33,063 nucleotides of DNA from an uncultured Clostridium sp. (GTDB lineage: Bacteria > Bacillota > Clostridia > TANB77 > CAG-508). The stretch spans positions 1 to 33,063 of the forward strand of contig CAMSEX010000001.1 of the NCBI GenBank assembly GCA_947057875.1. The letters run 5' to 3'. Below the pieces are notes generated by a model. That model was not told the origin of the DNA. It did no database searches and was given only the letters and a program-made list of their open reading frames with translations. Numbering within the stretch: the stretch's first letter is position 1; every line of letters begins with the position of its first letter. Both the position numbers and the translations under genes were made by a program. Shown one piece after another: positions 1 to 8,800 of the stretch.

Positions 1-267
1 GATAATACAGTTAGAACACTTATCAGAAGATTGCAGGCAAAAGGTGCAATTAAAGCAACTCAAACAGATGGAAAAGCATTTTTATATAAACCTATTTTTA
101 AAAAAGAAAAATATAGAAAAGAAATAACTAAAAAGTTGTTAGAACAATTATATCATAATTCGGTAAAGGAATTGATATGGCAATTTTGTGAAGTAGGAGA
201 TGTGAAGGTACAAGAGTTAGAAAGAATGATAACCTATATAGAGGAAAAAGAGAAAAAGTTAAAATAA
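1..267 (+). CDS. BlaI/MecI/CopY-family winged-helix repressor, C-terminal part (5' end lies outside the window)
   Basis: Frame 1 is open from base 1 (DNTVRTLIRRLQAKGAIKATQTDGKAFLYKPIFKKEKY...). This matches the recognition helix, wing and C-terminal dimerisation helices of BlaI/MecI/CopY repressors. Stop TAA is at 265-267. Track ORF 31..267 is only the part after an internal Met. Confidence 0.6.
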   Translation, partial: DNTVRTLIRRLQAKGAIKATQTDGKAFLYKPIFKKEKYRKEITKKLLEQLYHNSVKELIWQFCEVGDVKVQELERMITYIEEKEKKLK

Positions 268-270
268 AGT

Positions 271-300
271 GAGGGTATTGTGAAAATACCCTCATCTTTT
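271..300 (+). terminator. Rho-independent terminator of the repressor gene
   Basis: Stem GAGGGTAT (271-278), loop TGTGAAA, stem ATACCCTC (286-293), then ATCTTTT. It starts 4 nt after the stop codon. Confidence 0.6.
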
Positions 301-323
301 ATAATAGTATATTTTTTATTTAG

Positions 324-349
324 AAACCTTACAAAGATGTAAGGTTTTT
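324..349. promoter_or_regulatory. Perfect 10-bp dyad AAACCTTACA-AAGA-TGTAAGGTTT: second terminator-like hairpin or TACA/TGTA-type operator
   Basis: Arms are 324-333 and 338-347 with a 4-nt spacer, followed by TT. The core TACA..TGTA half-sites resemble BlaI/MecI/CopY boxes, but the spacing here is N4, not the classical N2. Confidence 0.3.
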
Positions 350-363
350 GTAACCTAAATCAA

Positions 364-392
364 TGGTAATTGTGAAAGAAAACTGTTATACT
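364..392 (+). promoter_or_regulatory. Candidate extended -10 promoter for the ABC transporter operon
   Basis: TGtTATACT with the -10 hexamer at 387-392 and TG at 384-385. The -35 is weak (TGGTAA, 364-369, 17-bp spacer). RBS AAAGGAG lies 8 nt before ATG 420. Confidence 0.3.
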
Positions 393-419
393 ATATTCAA
401 ATGAAAGGAGCTTTTAGGT

Positions 420-1187
420 ATGGAAAAAATGTTACAGGTAAAAAATATTGAAAAATACTATGGGAATAAATCGAATTTGACCAAGGCCATTGATAATATT
501 AGTTTTGATGTAAGCAAAGCTGAATTTGTAGGAATTATGGGGGCTAGCGGAAGTGGAAAAACTACACTTTTGAATTGTATTTCCACAATTGATAAGGTAA
601 CTTGTGGACACATTATTATTCATGGGAAAGATATAACAATGCTAAGAGGTAACCACTTGAACAAGTTCAGGAGAGAGGAATTGGGATTTATTTTTCAAGA
701 TTTTAATTTGTTAGATACACTAACAGCATATGAAAATATTGCATTAGCACTAACCATCCAGCGCGTAAATCCAAAGGAAATTGATAGGAGAGTAAATGAA
801 ATTGTAAAAAAATTGGGTATTGAAGAAATTTTGAGAAAGTATCCCTATCAGGTTTCTGGCGGACAAAAGCAAAGAATTGCATCATGTCGAGCGATGATTA
901 CAAATCCTAAATTGGTGCTGGCTGATGAGCCAACAGGCGCTCTTGATTCTAAAGCAGCAAGGCAATTATTAGAGAATTTTGAATTTCTAAATCAAAGTTT
1001 GCAAGCCACTATTTTAATGGTTACACACGATGCTTTTACCGCATCCTATGCAAACCGAATTTTGTTCATCAAAGATGGCAAGATTTTCAATGAATTAATC
1101 AAAGGAAATGACACAAGAAAACAATTTTTTGAGAAAATCATTGAAGTGCAGACACTTCTTGGGGGTGATTTGAGCGATGTTATTTAA
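420..1187 (+). CDS. ABC transporter ATP-binding protein, BceA/MacB (FtsE-like) type
   Basis: Walker A GASGSGKTT, signature VSGGQKQRIA, Walker B LVLADEPTGALD and H-loop VTHD are all present. Its 3' end overlaps the permease gene by 11 nt. Confidence 0.92.
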   Translation: MEKMLQVKNIEKYYGNKSNLTKAIDNISFDVSKAEFVGIMGASGSGKTTLLNCISTIDKVTCGHIIIHGKDITMLRGNHLNKFRREELGFIFQDFNLLDTLTAYENIALALTIQRVNPKEIDRRVNEIVKKLGIEEILRKYPYQVSGGQKQRIASCRAMITNPKLVLADEPTGALDSKAARQLLENFEFLNQSLQATILMVTHDAFTASYANRILFIKDGKIFNELIKGNDTRKQFFEKIIEVQTLLGGDLSDVI

Positions 1188-3270
1188 GTTATCTATTCAA
1201 AATATGAAAAAAAGTATTAAAGATTATGGCATTTATTTTTTGACATTGGTTTTAGGTGTCGCGATTTTCTACTTATTTAATTCACTAGATAGTCAAGAAG
1301 CAATGTTGCAAGTTTCGACTTCACAAAGGCAAATCATTCAACTAATGATAGAAATGCTTGGTATAGTTTCTGTGTTTGTGGCTGTGGTTTTGGGGCTACT
1401 GATTGTTTATGCTAATAGTTTTTTGATTAATCGAAGAAAAAAAGAATTTGGAATTTACATGAGTTTAGGAATGGGAAGAAGGCAAATTTCAAAAATTATT
1501 TTGTTGGAAACTATTTTTGTTGGAATGATTTCACTTGTGGTTGGCTTAGGATTTGGCATTTTTGGTTCACAATTTATGTCGATTTTAGTTTCAAAAATGT
1601 TTGAAGCAGATTTGAGCAAATTTGAGTTTGTTTTCTCAAAAGCAGCTTGTATTAAAACATGCGTGTATTTTGCAATTATGTATTTGGCAGTTATGTTTTT
1701 TAATACACTTACGATTTCACGTTATAAATTGATTCATTTGCTCAACAGTGCTAAGAAAAACGAAACTGTGAAAATCAAAAATCCAATCTTGTCGATTTTA
1801 GTTTTTGTGGCAGCAGCTATTTTATTGGGATTTGCATATTGGAAAGTAACCATTGATGCTAATTCTCTAAGCACAGCAGATAAAATGTTAAAAGTTATTT
1901 TAATGGGAATTGTAGGAACTGTTTTAGTATTTTGGTCACTATCAGGATTTATTTTGCAAATTGTGCAAGTCATGAAACAAACATATTTGAAAGATACTAA
2001 TATGTTTGTTTTAAGACAAATCAACAATAAAATAAATACTATGGTTGTAAGTATGAGTGTGATTTGTTTAATGCTTTTTATGACTATTACAATTTTGTCA
2101 TCAGCACTTGCCCTAAGAAATACGATGCAAAGCGATTTATTGGAAATGACGCCAGTGGATCTTAATTTATATAAAGCTGCGTATTTGCCAGAAAGAGCAG
2201 TTGGAAGAAATGGCAAGGAAGAAATTTATACACAAATGCAAAGGCAGGATTCAAGAGTGTCAATACAACAAACATTAGAAAGTAACGGATTTGATATGAA
2301 TTTACTAAAAGATGTACAAGAAGTTCCAATGTATATAGATGAAAATTTGACTTGGGAAAAGTTTTTTGGAGACAAAATGGAAGACCTTAAGGCAAAATTT
2401 CCATATCTTAGGTATGACACATCAGAAGAACTAATGAAAGTTTCTGATTATAACAAAATTGCAAAATTGTATGGCAACGAAGAATATGAACTAGAGGATG
2501 ATGAATATATTATGCTTTGTGATTTTGAAACACAAGAACAAATCCGAAATGAAGTTTTAAAAGTTGGAAATTATCCATTGGAAATTGCAGGAAAAACATA
2601 TAAAGCAAAATATAAAGAATGTAAAAGTGGATTTATTGTGATGTCCACAAGCCATACGAATACAGGTATTATTTTGGTGCCAGATAATTGTAATTTAACA
2701 AATGAAATGACAGAACGATATTTTTTAGCTGCTAATTATAATGCAAATACAGAAGAAGGAAAATTGGAAATTGAAAAAAATTTTACGAGTAAAGAAGAGG
2801 CGACTATTTTGAATACTCTTTATGAAAAAGGCTTACGATTAGATGGTATGAGTAAAATTTCTATTATAGAAGCAAGTGTAGGTTTGGTAACAATGGTTAC
2901 ATTTGTTGCGATTTATTTAGGAATAATCTTTTTGATTGCAAGTTCAGCAATTTTAGCTTTGAAGCAATTGACAGATAGTTCGGACAATAAACAAAGATAC
3001 GCGATTCTGCGAAAAATCGGTTGTGACGAAAAAATGATTAATAGTGCATTATTCAAACAAATCGGCATCTTTTTTGGAACCCCACTTATTTTAGCAATCA
3101 TTCATTCTGTATTTGGTATTCAGTTTGCACTTTCGACATTAGCGGGAGTGGCAAGTAAAAAAGATTTGTTACCATCCATTATTGGAACGGTAATTGTCAT
3201 GGGAGTGATTTATGGAGCCTATTTTATGGCAACTTATTGGGGCAGTAAAAATATCATTAAGGAGGAATAA
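1177..3270 (+). CDS. FtsX-family ABC permease, BceB-type (peptide-antibiotic sensing/resistance type)
   Basis: 697 aa with multiple TM helices at both ends. A large hydrophilic loop of about 240 aa lies between TM blocks (residues ~330-570), which is the BceB architecture. The gene is translationally coupled to the ATPase gene. Confidence 0.88.
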   Translation: MLFKLSIQNMKKSIKDYGIYFLTLVLGVAIFYLFNSLDSQEAMLQVSTSQRQIIQLMIEMLGIVSVFVAVVLGLLIVYANSFLINRRKKEFGIYMSLGMGRRQISKIILLETIFVGMISLVVGLGFGIFGSQFMSILVSKMFEADLSKFEFVFSKAACIKTCVYFAIMYLAVMFFNTLTISRYKLIHLLNSAKKNETVKIKNPILSILVFVAAAILLGFAYWKVTIDANSLSTADKMLKVILMGIVGTVLVFWSLSGFILQIVQVMKQTYLKDTNMFVLRQINNKINTMVVSMSVICLMLFMTITILSSALALRNTMQSDLLEMTPVDLNLYKAAYLPERAVGRNGKEEIYTQMQRQDSRVSIQQTLESNGFDMNLLKDVQEVPMYIDENLTWEKFFGDKMEDLKAKFPYLRYDTSEELMKVSDYNKIAKLYGNEEYELEDDEYIMLCDFETQEQIRNEVLKVGNYPLEIAGKTYKAKYKECKSGFIVMSTSHTNTGIILVPDNCNLTNEMTERYFLAANYNANTEEGKLEIEKNFTSKEEATILNTLYEKGLRLDGMSKISIIEASVGLVTMVTFVAIYLGIIFLIASSAILALKQLTDSSDNKQRYAILRKIGCDEKMINSALFKQIGIFFGTPLILAIIHSVFGIQFALSTLAGVASKKDLLPSIIGTVIVMGVIYGAYFMATYWGSKNIIKEE

Positions 3271-3272
3271 AA

Positions 3273-3617
3273 ATGGAAACTGTAAGTGAGAGAATATCAA
3301 TTATATTGACAGTAATAATTGCTATTATCATTGGAGCAGGAGCAATTTATTGGATGGAATTTCACGAAACAATTTATTATACACAAATTGATAATAGTAA
3401 GTTAGAGAGAATATCTAGTTCAGACAATATGGGATACGAATATACATTAGATTGTTATAATCAAAATGGCAAAAGGAGAGAAATCAAATTTAAAACGAGC
3501 CGAGAGTTGCGAGAAAATGCGTATTTAATGCTAGAAGTAAAAATCATGGGAGTACATTCGTGGGAAGAAGTACAATATGAGGAATTGCCAGATAAGGTGA
3601 AAGTAAAATTGGAATAA
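3273..3617 (+). CDS. YxeA-family (DUF1093) small membrane-anchored protein
   Basis: N-terminal TM helix, then YYTQIDN...GYEYTLDCYNQNGKRREIKFKTSRELRENAYLMLEV...GVHSWEEVQYEELPDKVK, which is the YxeA family pattern. RBS AAGGAGG is at 3259-3265. In B. subtilis yxeA follows the BceAB-like yxdLM genes, the same order as here. Confidence 0.7.
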   Translation: METVSERISIILTVIIAIIIGAGAIYWMEFHETIYYTQIDNSKLERISSSDNMGYEYTLDCYNQNGKRREIKFKTSRELRENAYLMLEVKIMGVHSWEEVQYEELPDKVKVKLE

Positions 3618-3630
3618 TAAATATTAATAG

Positions 3631-3655
3631 AGCTCACATTCTGTGGGCTTTTTAT
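3631..3655 (+). terminator. Rho-independent terminator of the ABC-yxeA operon
   Basis: AGCTCAC-ATTCT-GTGGGCT (one G-U pair) followed by TTTTT. Confidence 0.6.
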
Positions 3656-3687
3656 AATAAATATGAGAAATTTTATCCACAAATTGA

Positions 3688-3716
3688 TTGCAATATCATT
3701 CAACTTGTGATAGGAT
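3688..3716 (+). promoter_or_regulatory. Candidate promoter for yqeK
   Basis: TTGCAA (3688-3693), 17-bp spacer, TGaTAGGAT with the -10 at 3711-3716. Only a partial match to consensus. Confidence 0.3.
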
Positions 3717-3745
3717 AAAAAACAAATGAAAAAATAGGAGGAAAC

Positions 3746-4303
3746 ATGAAATCATATAAAGAAGTATATGAAATTGTCAAGTCACGTCTTAGTGATTATC
3801 GCTTTCATCATTCAGAATGTGTGGCAGCGCGCTGCGTGGAACTTGCAAAAATTTATAAAGTAGATAAAGAAGCAGCAATGTTAGTAGGAATTGCACATGA
3901 TATTGCTAAAGAAATGCCAGCAGACGAAAAAATTAAATATTGCGAGGAAAACCATTTAGCAATGGATGAAATTGAAAGGGAAAATCCTGGTTTATTGCAT
4001 GGAAAAATCGGAGCAAACATTGCCAAAAAAGAATTTGGTTTTAGTGAAGATTTGTGTTCTCCGATTCAATATCATACAACAGGAAAAGCCAACATGTCAT
4101 TACTTGATAAAATTTTATATGTAGCGGATATGACAGGTGCAGACAGAAAATTTTCAGATAAAGAATATGTAATTGAGCTGGGGAATAAAGATTTGGATGA
4201 ATGCGTAAAATATATATTAAAAGTAGGGATTGGGCAAAGGATTAAACAGAATAAAAAAATTCATCTAAATTCAGTTTATGCATTAAATTATTTTATGGAA
4301 TAA
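3746..4303 (+). CDS. yqeK: HD-domain bis(5'-nucleosyl)-tetraphosphatase, YqeK family
   Basis: 185 aa. The H...HD metal motif (RFHHSECV...GIAHDIAKE) and the later LLHGKIGA...QYHTTG...YVADM blocks are typical of YqeK. RBS AGGAGG is at 3737-3742. Confidence 0.8.
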   Translation: MKSYKEVYEIVKSRLSDYRFHHSECVAARCVELAKIYKVDKEAAMLVGIAHDIAKEMPADEKIKYCEENHLAMDEIERENPGLLHGKIGANIAKKEFGFSEDLCSPIQYHTTGKANMSLLDKILYVADMTGADRKFSDKEYVIELGNKDLDECVKYILKVGIGQRIKQNKKIHLNSVYALNYFME

Positions 4304-4339
4304 TGCCAGAAAATTTTTGCAATTTTTTGTCAAAAGATA

Positions 4340-4368
4340 TTCACAAATTAAAGTTCAAATGATATAAT
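4340..4368 (+). promoter_or_regulatory. Sigma-A type promoter for the J-protein gene
   Basis: TTCACA (4340-4345), 17 bp, TATAAT (4363-4368). Confidence 0.45.
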
Positions 4369-4398
4369 GGCAGTAGTAATTGTACGGAGGATGTTGAA

Positions 4399-5293
4399 AT
4401 GATTTTTAAGGATTATTATAAAATTTTGGGGCTAGAGACAAATAAGGTTTCAATGGATAAAATCAAAGAAGCGTATCGAAGGCAGGCCAAAAAATATCAC
4501 CCTGATGTAAATATTGGAAATCAGAAAAATGAAGAAGTTTTTAAGGATATAAATGAAGCATACAAAGTATTATCAAGTATGTCGAGCAAAAGAAAATATG
4601 ACAGAATGTGGAATCATCATGTAGGGCGCAAAAATAGAAATGTCACTTATGAAGAAAGCAAAAGAACCAAAGATTCTGTGTTTAGCGATTTTTTCAATAT
4701 GTTTTTTGGAACAATTGCAGAAACCAAAACGTTGAAAGCAGAGGCGCGTAAAGGGGAAAATGTTCAAACGGAAGTTAATATTTCAATTGAGGATGCTTTT
4801 CGTGGGAAAGAACAATCCATTGCAGTTAGAACTATTGATGGAGACTTAAAAACACTTAAAGTTCAACTTCCATCTGGAATTCAAAATAACGAAAAAATCA
4901 GACTTGTGGGACAACGGAAAACCGGGACAAAATGGTGGAAAAAATGGCGATTTGTTAATTCGTATCAAAATTGCAAATGATAAAAAATTCAGGTTAGATG
5001 GTTGCCATTTGAGAACAAATTTATATTTAACGCCATGGGAAGCAGCGCTTAGCACAAAAGTGACTGTCAATGGCATTAACGAAGATGTTAGTGTTTATAT
5101 ACCACAAGGTATTCAAAGTGGGGATACTATAAAAATTGAAGGAAAAGGCTATAAAGATGGAAAAGGTGGACGAGGCGACTTAATTTTGGAAACGAAAATT
5201 ATGGTTCCAAAACGTCTAAATGAGAGAGAAAAAAAGTTATTTAGTGAATTGAACCATATTTCAAAATTTAATCCAAGAATGTCAGCTATATAA
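4399..5293 (+). CDS. cbpA: CbpA-like DnaJ-family co-chaperone (J domain, G/F region and C-terminal substrate-binding domains, no zinc finger). The frame is interrupted and needs a +1 shift at in-frame CGG 4915-4917.
   Basis: Track ORFs 4399..4980 (J domain DYYKILGL...KKYHPDVN) and 4904..5293 (GKPGQNGGKNGDLLIRI...TPWEAALSTKVTV...GKGGRGDL) are two halves of one protein. Skipping C4915 gives a seamless 297-aa product, ...IRLVGQ/GKPGQNGG... A standard pipeline would call this a frameshifted pseudogene. Confidence 0.8.
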
Positions 5294-5306
5294 AAAACAT
5301 TAATTA

Positions 5307-5335
5307 TTGACATAATACGAAAAATATGGTATAAT
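5307..5335 (+). promoter_or_regulatory. Near-consensus extended -10 promoter for the 5404-8236 operon
   Basis: TTGACA (5307-5312), 17 bp, TGgTATAAT with the -10 at 5330-5335. Confidence 0.6.
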
Positions 5336-5403
5336 TATAAAGTAAGTTAAAATTTATACATAAGAAAAATCGCATTTAAATATGTAGTAAAGGAGAGAAA
5401 ATA

Positions 5404-5919
5404 ATGGAAGAGGGTAACTTACAGGGGAAATATTTCAGTATTACAGATCCAAAAGAGGTAAGTACTGTGATATACCAAATCAATAAAACGGAAAAGGAAT
5501 TTTTAGACAGAGCACCAAAGTTTACGATTGAGCGACTAGATTATTCAGAACAACTTGTGGGTGAACGAAAAAGGAAAACTTTTTTTGTTGACAATCCTTC
5601 ACCAGAAGGCAATCCATTGGTGTTTTTCTCGTTTGGAAAAGATAAAGTCGTTGTCAATACAGGATTTTTGGATTATAACGAAGTAAAATTATCCAAAAAA
5701 CCAATGCCAATGAAACTTTCAACACTTTACAACGAAAAAGAAACGGTTTATAGAGAATTTCAATATACACCAAATATGAAGAGGCCTATTACGATAATAG
5801 ACCCTGAGACTACAGAAGAGATAAAGCCAAATTTGTATTTTGATGAAAATGCAAATGAGGTCAAGGGAAAATGCACGCTAAAAGCATGCAAAAAATATTT
5901 TGCCTTTGAAATTAAATAA
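5404..5919 (+). CDS. Hypothetical protein, 171 aa, no family recognised
   Basis: RBS AAAGGAG lies 8 nt upstream. It is the first gene downstream of the consensus promoter, has coding-like composition and shows no signal peptide. Confidence 0.6.
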   Translation: MEEGNLQGKYFSITDPKEVSTVIYQINKTEKEFLDRAPKFTIERLDYSEQLVGERKRKTFFVDNPSPEGNPLVFFSFGKDKVVVNTGFLDYNEVKLSKKPMPMKLSTLYNEKETVYREFQYTPNMKRPITIIDPETTEEIKPNLYFDENANEVKGKCTLKACKKYFAFEIK

Positions 5920-5946
5920 GGGTAGACTTTAAAGGAGGAGTTTTTT

Positions 5947-6243
5947 ATGAATACCAATAATCCAATTGGAGAAAATGGAAACAAATCAATAAATGGGAGA
6001 AAAGCAATCAATGTTGTAAGAGACGAGAGAGCAGATGATTTGTTAGAAAAATTTTTTGGTGAAAAAGGTTATGAAGTTGTACAATGTAACTGTGCAGTAC
6101 CAGAAATAACGAAAGAACAAATAAAATTTGACGAAACACTTGCTAGAAGAGTAAAAATTAGCAAAGAAAGATTTAAGGCGGATGTTATGCCAATTAAAAC
6201 AGGAACTAGAACAAGAAATAAAAATGTTGATACAGAAAGATAG
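5947..6243 (+). CDS. Hypothetical protein, 98 aa, basic C-terminus
   Basis: RBS AAAGGAGGAG is at 5930-5939. It is tightly spaced between its neighbours (27 nt and 24 nt gaps). Confidence 0.55.
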   Translation: MNTNNPIGENGNKSINGRKAINVVRDERADDLLEKFFGEKGYEVVQCNCAVPEITKEQIKFDETLARRVKISKERFKADVMPIKTGTRTRNKNVDTER

Positions 6244-6267
6244 TTACAAAAGAAAAGGTGAAAAATT

Positions 6268-8236
6268 ATGGGATTTTTTGAGAAGTTAAGATTAGCTATT
6301 CGAAAAATAAGAATAAAATTAATTGCATATGCAATCATTATGCTGGTTGTAGCAGTCATAGGTTTGGCACCATTTACCGTTTCTATTGAGGCAGGAAATT
6401 TAGCAAGAGAAGCAGGGGACGATTTTTGGACAACATTTTATGAACAATTATTTAAAAATATCCAACAACCAATTTCGAGTTTAGGAATTTGTTTTGGCGA
6501 GTATTTACCAGCATTTTTGAATGCGCTAAAATGGTACATTTTAATTTTGGGATTATTTGCATTAGTAGGGATTATCAAGTCGTTTCCGAAACATGAATTT
6601 CAAGATATTGAAAATGGTTCAAGTGACTGGAGCGAAAATGGTGAACAATATGCAGTTTTAAGCAAAAATAAAGGAATTATTTTAGCCGAAAAAAATCGTT
6701 TGCCTGTAGATAAACGTGGTAACGTAAATGTATTAGTGGTACGGAGGATCAGGTGCTGGTAAATCAGCTTCTTATGTTAAACCAAATGCTTTACAGCTTC
6801 TTGGTTCCTATGTTTTTACAGATCCTAAAGGAGAACTGTATGACGATACAGCAGGTTATTTTAAAGCAAACGGTTATGATATTAAAGTATTAAATCTAGT
6901 TCGACCAGAAAACAGTGATAGTTATAATCCACTTCATCACATCAATGGAGAAATTGATGTTGACGTTATTGCACACACCATTGTAAAAGGGCAAGATAGC
7001 GGAGGAAGTTCAGATCCATATTGGGAAGATATGGGCGAAATGTTGCTAAAAGCCTTAATTTATTATTTGAAAGCAGTTCGTCCACCAGAGGAGCAGAATT
7101 TGGCTAGTTGTGCAGAACTTGTAAGGGCGGCAAACAAAAATGGTGGCGATAATTTATTAACTAACTTGATGAACCAATTGCCATACGACCATCCAGCAAG
7201 AATGAATTATAAATCCATTGAAATTGCGCCAGAAAAAACCTATGGTTCAATTTTGAGTACGCTTCAATCAAAACTTGGTAAATTCGACTCACGAGACATT
7301 GCAGAAGTAACTTCAAGCAACACGATTGATTTTACTTCAATTGGAAAGAAGAAAACAGCGGTATTTGTTATTTCATCAGATACACATACAGCTTACGATT
7401 TTTTGCTTACCATATTTTTCTCGCAAATGATACAACAATTGTATGATTTTGCAGATTTGAGTGGTGGCGCATTACCAGTTCCTACATACTTTATTCTAGA
7501 TGAGTTTGCAAACATCGGTCAAATACCCGATTTTGATAAAAAAATATCAACTTCAAGAAGTAGAAAAATATCATTTAGTGTTATTTTACAGAACTTAGAC
7601 CAGTTAGAAGCAGTTTATAAAGAGGCACATGAAACCATTTTGGGTAACTGTGATACACACTTATTTTTGGGTTCCAACTCTCAAAAAACAGTCGAATATT
7701 TTTCCAAGGCTTTGGGGGAAAAAACGATCACGAGAGATAGTATTTCAGTCAATAAAGACCGTGACAACTGGAAGCAAGGTTTAAGTCAATCTGACCAAAT
7801 AATGGGAAGGGCACTTATGACACCAGATGAACTTCGCCGTATGGACGATGATTTGTGCATCATTTATGAAAAAGGTATTAAGCCAGTTAAGGCGAAAAAG
7901 TATTATTATTTCAAATATCCAGAGGGTAAATTAATAAAAAAATATAAAGTTGATCACAACGATGTTCGAGTTGATAGAGGAGTTTGGAGGAAATATAATC
8001 CATACAATCCATATGTGGAGGACAATGATAACAAAGGTGGAAATCCACAAAGTCTAGAAAACTTGGATGATTTGTTTAAAGATGAAGATACAGGTTTAAA
8101 AACAGATACTAATCCAGCTGGTCAGCTTCCTGTGGATTCAAATTTAGAGGATCAGAAAAAGGAGGAAGAATTGACAGATATTCAAAAAGAATTAGAAGCC
8201 AAATTTGATGAATTATTTGGTAGTTTAGATGATTAA
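6268..8236 (+). CDS. VirD4/TraG/TraD-type type IV secretion coupling protein (T4CP). The frame is interrupted and needs a +1 shift at in-frame CGG 6742-6744.
   Basis: The N-terminal ORF 6268..6762 carries 2 TM helices plus GSSDWSENGE...VNVLVV. The +1 frame from 6743 reads GGSGAGKSASYVKPN (Walker A), continuing into track ORF 7031..8236, which has YFILDEFANIG (Walker B) and the LFLGSNSQKTVEYFSKALGEKT block. Frame 2 is open from 6737. Skipping C6742 gives a 655-aa T4CP. Confidence 0.8.
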
Positions 8237-8240
8237 AATA

Positions 8241-8273
8241 AACCACAAGGGCGCCATTTCGGCGCCCTTGGTT
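8241..8273. terminator. GC-rich hairpin between convergent genes (bidirectional terminator)
   Basis: AACCACAAGGGCGCC-ATTTC-GGCGCCCTTGGTT. It sits between the stop at 8236 (+) and the stop at 8280 (-). No strong U-tract on either side. Confidence 0.65.
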
Positions 8274-8279
8274 GTGCCT

Positions 8280-8582
8280 TTAAATAAAAACATGGGTAGA
8301 AAATAATTCAGGAGCACGTGGTCCAGAAAACCAATATTCTGTCCATTTTAAGGTTTCTAAGGAAATCCGAATAAATTCGTTAGTAAGACAATCAATGTCT
8401 GATGATTTAGAATAGGATTTCCATTGACCGTTTATAACGACAGATATTTCTCCTGAATCTGCAATTTCTAAAGTGCCAATTCGTGATAACTTAGAATGTT
8501 CTTCGTTTTCAAACTCTCCAAAAATACGAATATGGCAGTAACTTTGAAATTTTTGCAAGGATAAGATATATTTGTGCAACAT
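8280..8582 (-). CDS. Hypothetical protein, 100 aa, containing an in-frame CGG-A at codon 72
   Basis: Strong RBS AGGAGG lies 7 nt before the ATG (complement of 8580-8582). The stop abuts the hairpin at 8241-8273. No family recognised. Confidence 0.55.
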   Translation of the reverse strand: MLHKYILSLQKFQSYCHIRIFGEFENEEHSKLSRIGTLEIADSGEISVVINGQWKSYSKSSDIDCLTNEFIRISLETLKWTEYWFSGPRAPELFSTHVFI

Positions 8583-8694
8583 AAAAGCACCTCCTAAAGT
8601 TGATTATACAATATAGTGTCAATTATATTTTACAATAATTTACATAAAAAGTAAAGAGGTCACACCAAAAAAATTTTTTTAATTAAGCTAGTTA

Positions 8695-8723
8695 TTGACA
8701 AATTCAAACAAATGTTTTATAAT
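8695..8723 (+). promoter_or_regulatory. Consensus sigma-A promoter for the nuclease/ATPase operon
   Basis: TTGACA (8695-8700), 17 bp, TATAAT (8718-8723). Confidence 0.6.
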
Positions 8724-8743
8724 AAATAAAATTAGATACAAAA

Positions 8744-8775
8744 TTTAAATATGACATTTTAATGTCATATTTAAA
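8744..8775. promoter_or_regulatory. Perfect 15-bp-arm palindrome in the leader of the nuclease operon (candidate operator or leader hairpin)
   Basis: TTTAAATATGACATT-TT-AATGTCATATTTAAA, with arms at 8744-8758 and 8761-8775. It lies between the -10 (8718-8723) and the RBS GGAG (~8791). Confidence 0.4.
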
Positions 8776-8800
8776 AGTGTAAGTTGAAAAGGAGAAAAAT

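Noticed and set aside
4904-5293. Track ORFs 4904..5293, 7031..8236 and 9282..9872 taken as independent genes
   Set aside because: Each starts at an internal Met inside a conserved domain and has no RBS. Each frame is open upstream back to the CGG-A site, where it joins seamlessly to the preceding ORF. They are the 3' parts of single genes.
8744-8775. LexA/SOS box upstream of the SbcD-like nuclease
   Set aside because: The palindrome lacks the GAAC-N4-GTTC Cheo-box core, so I report it only as an unassigned dyad.
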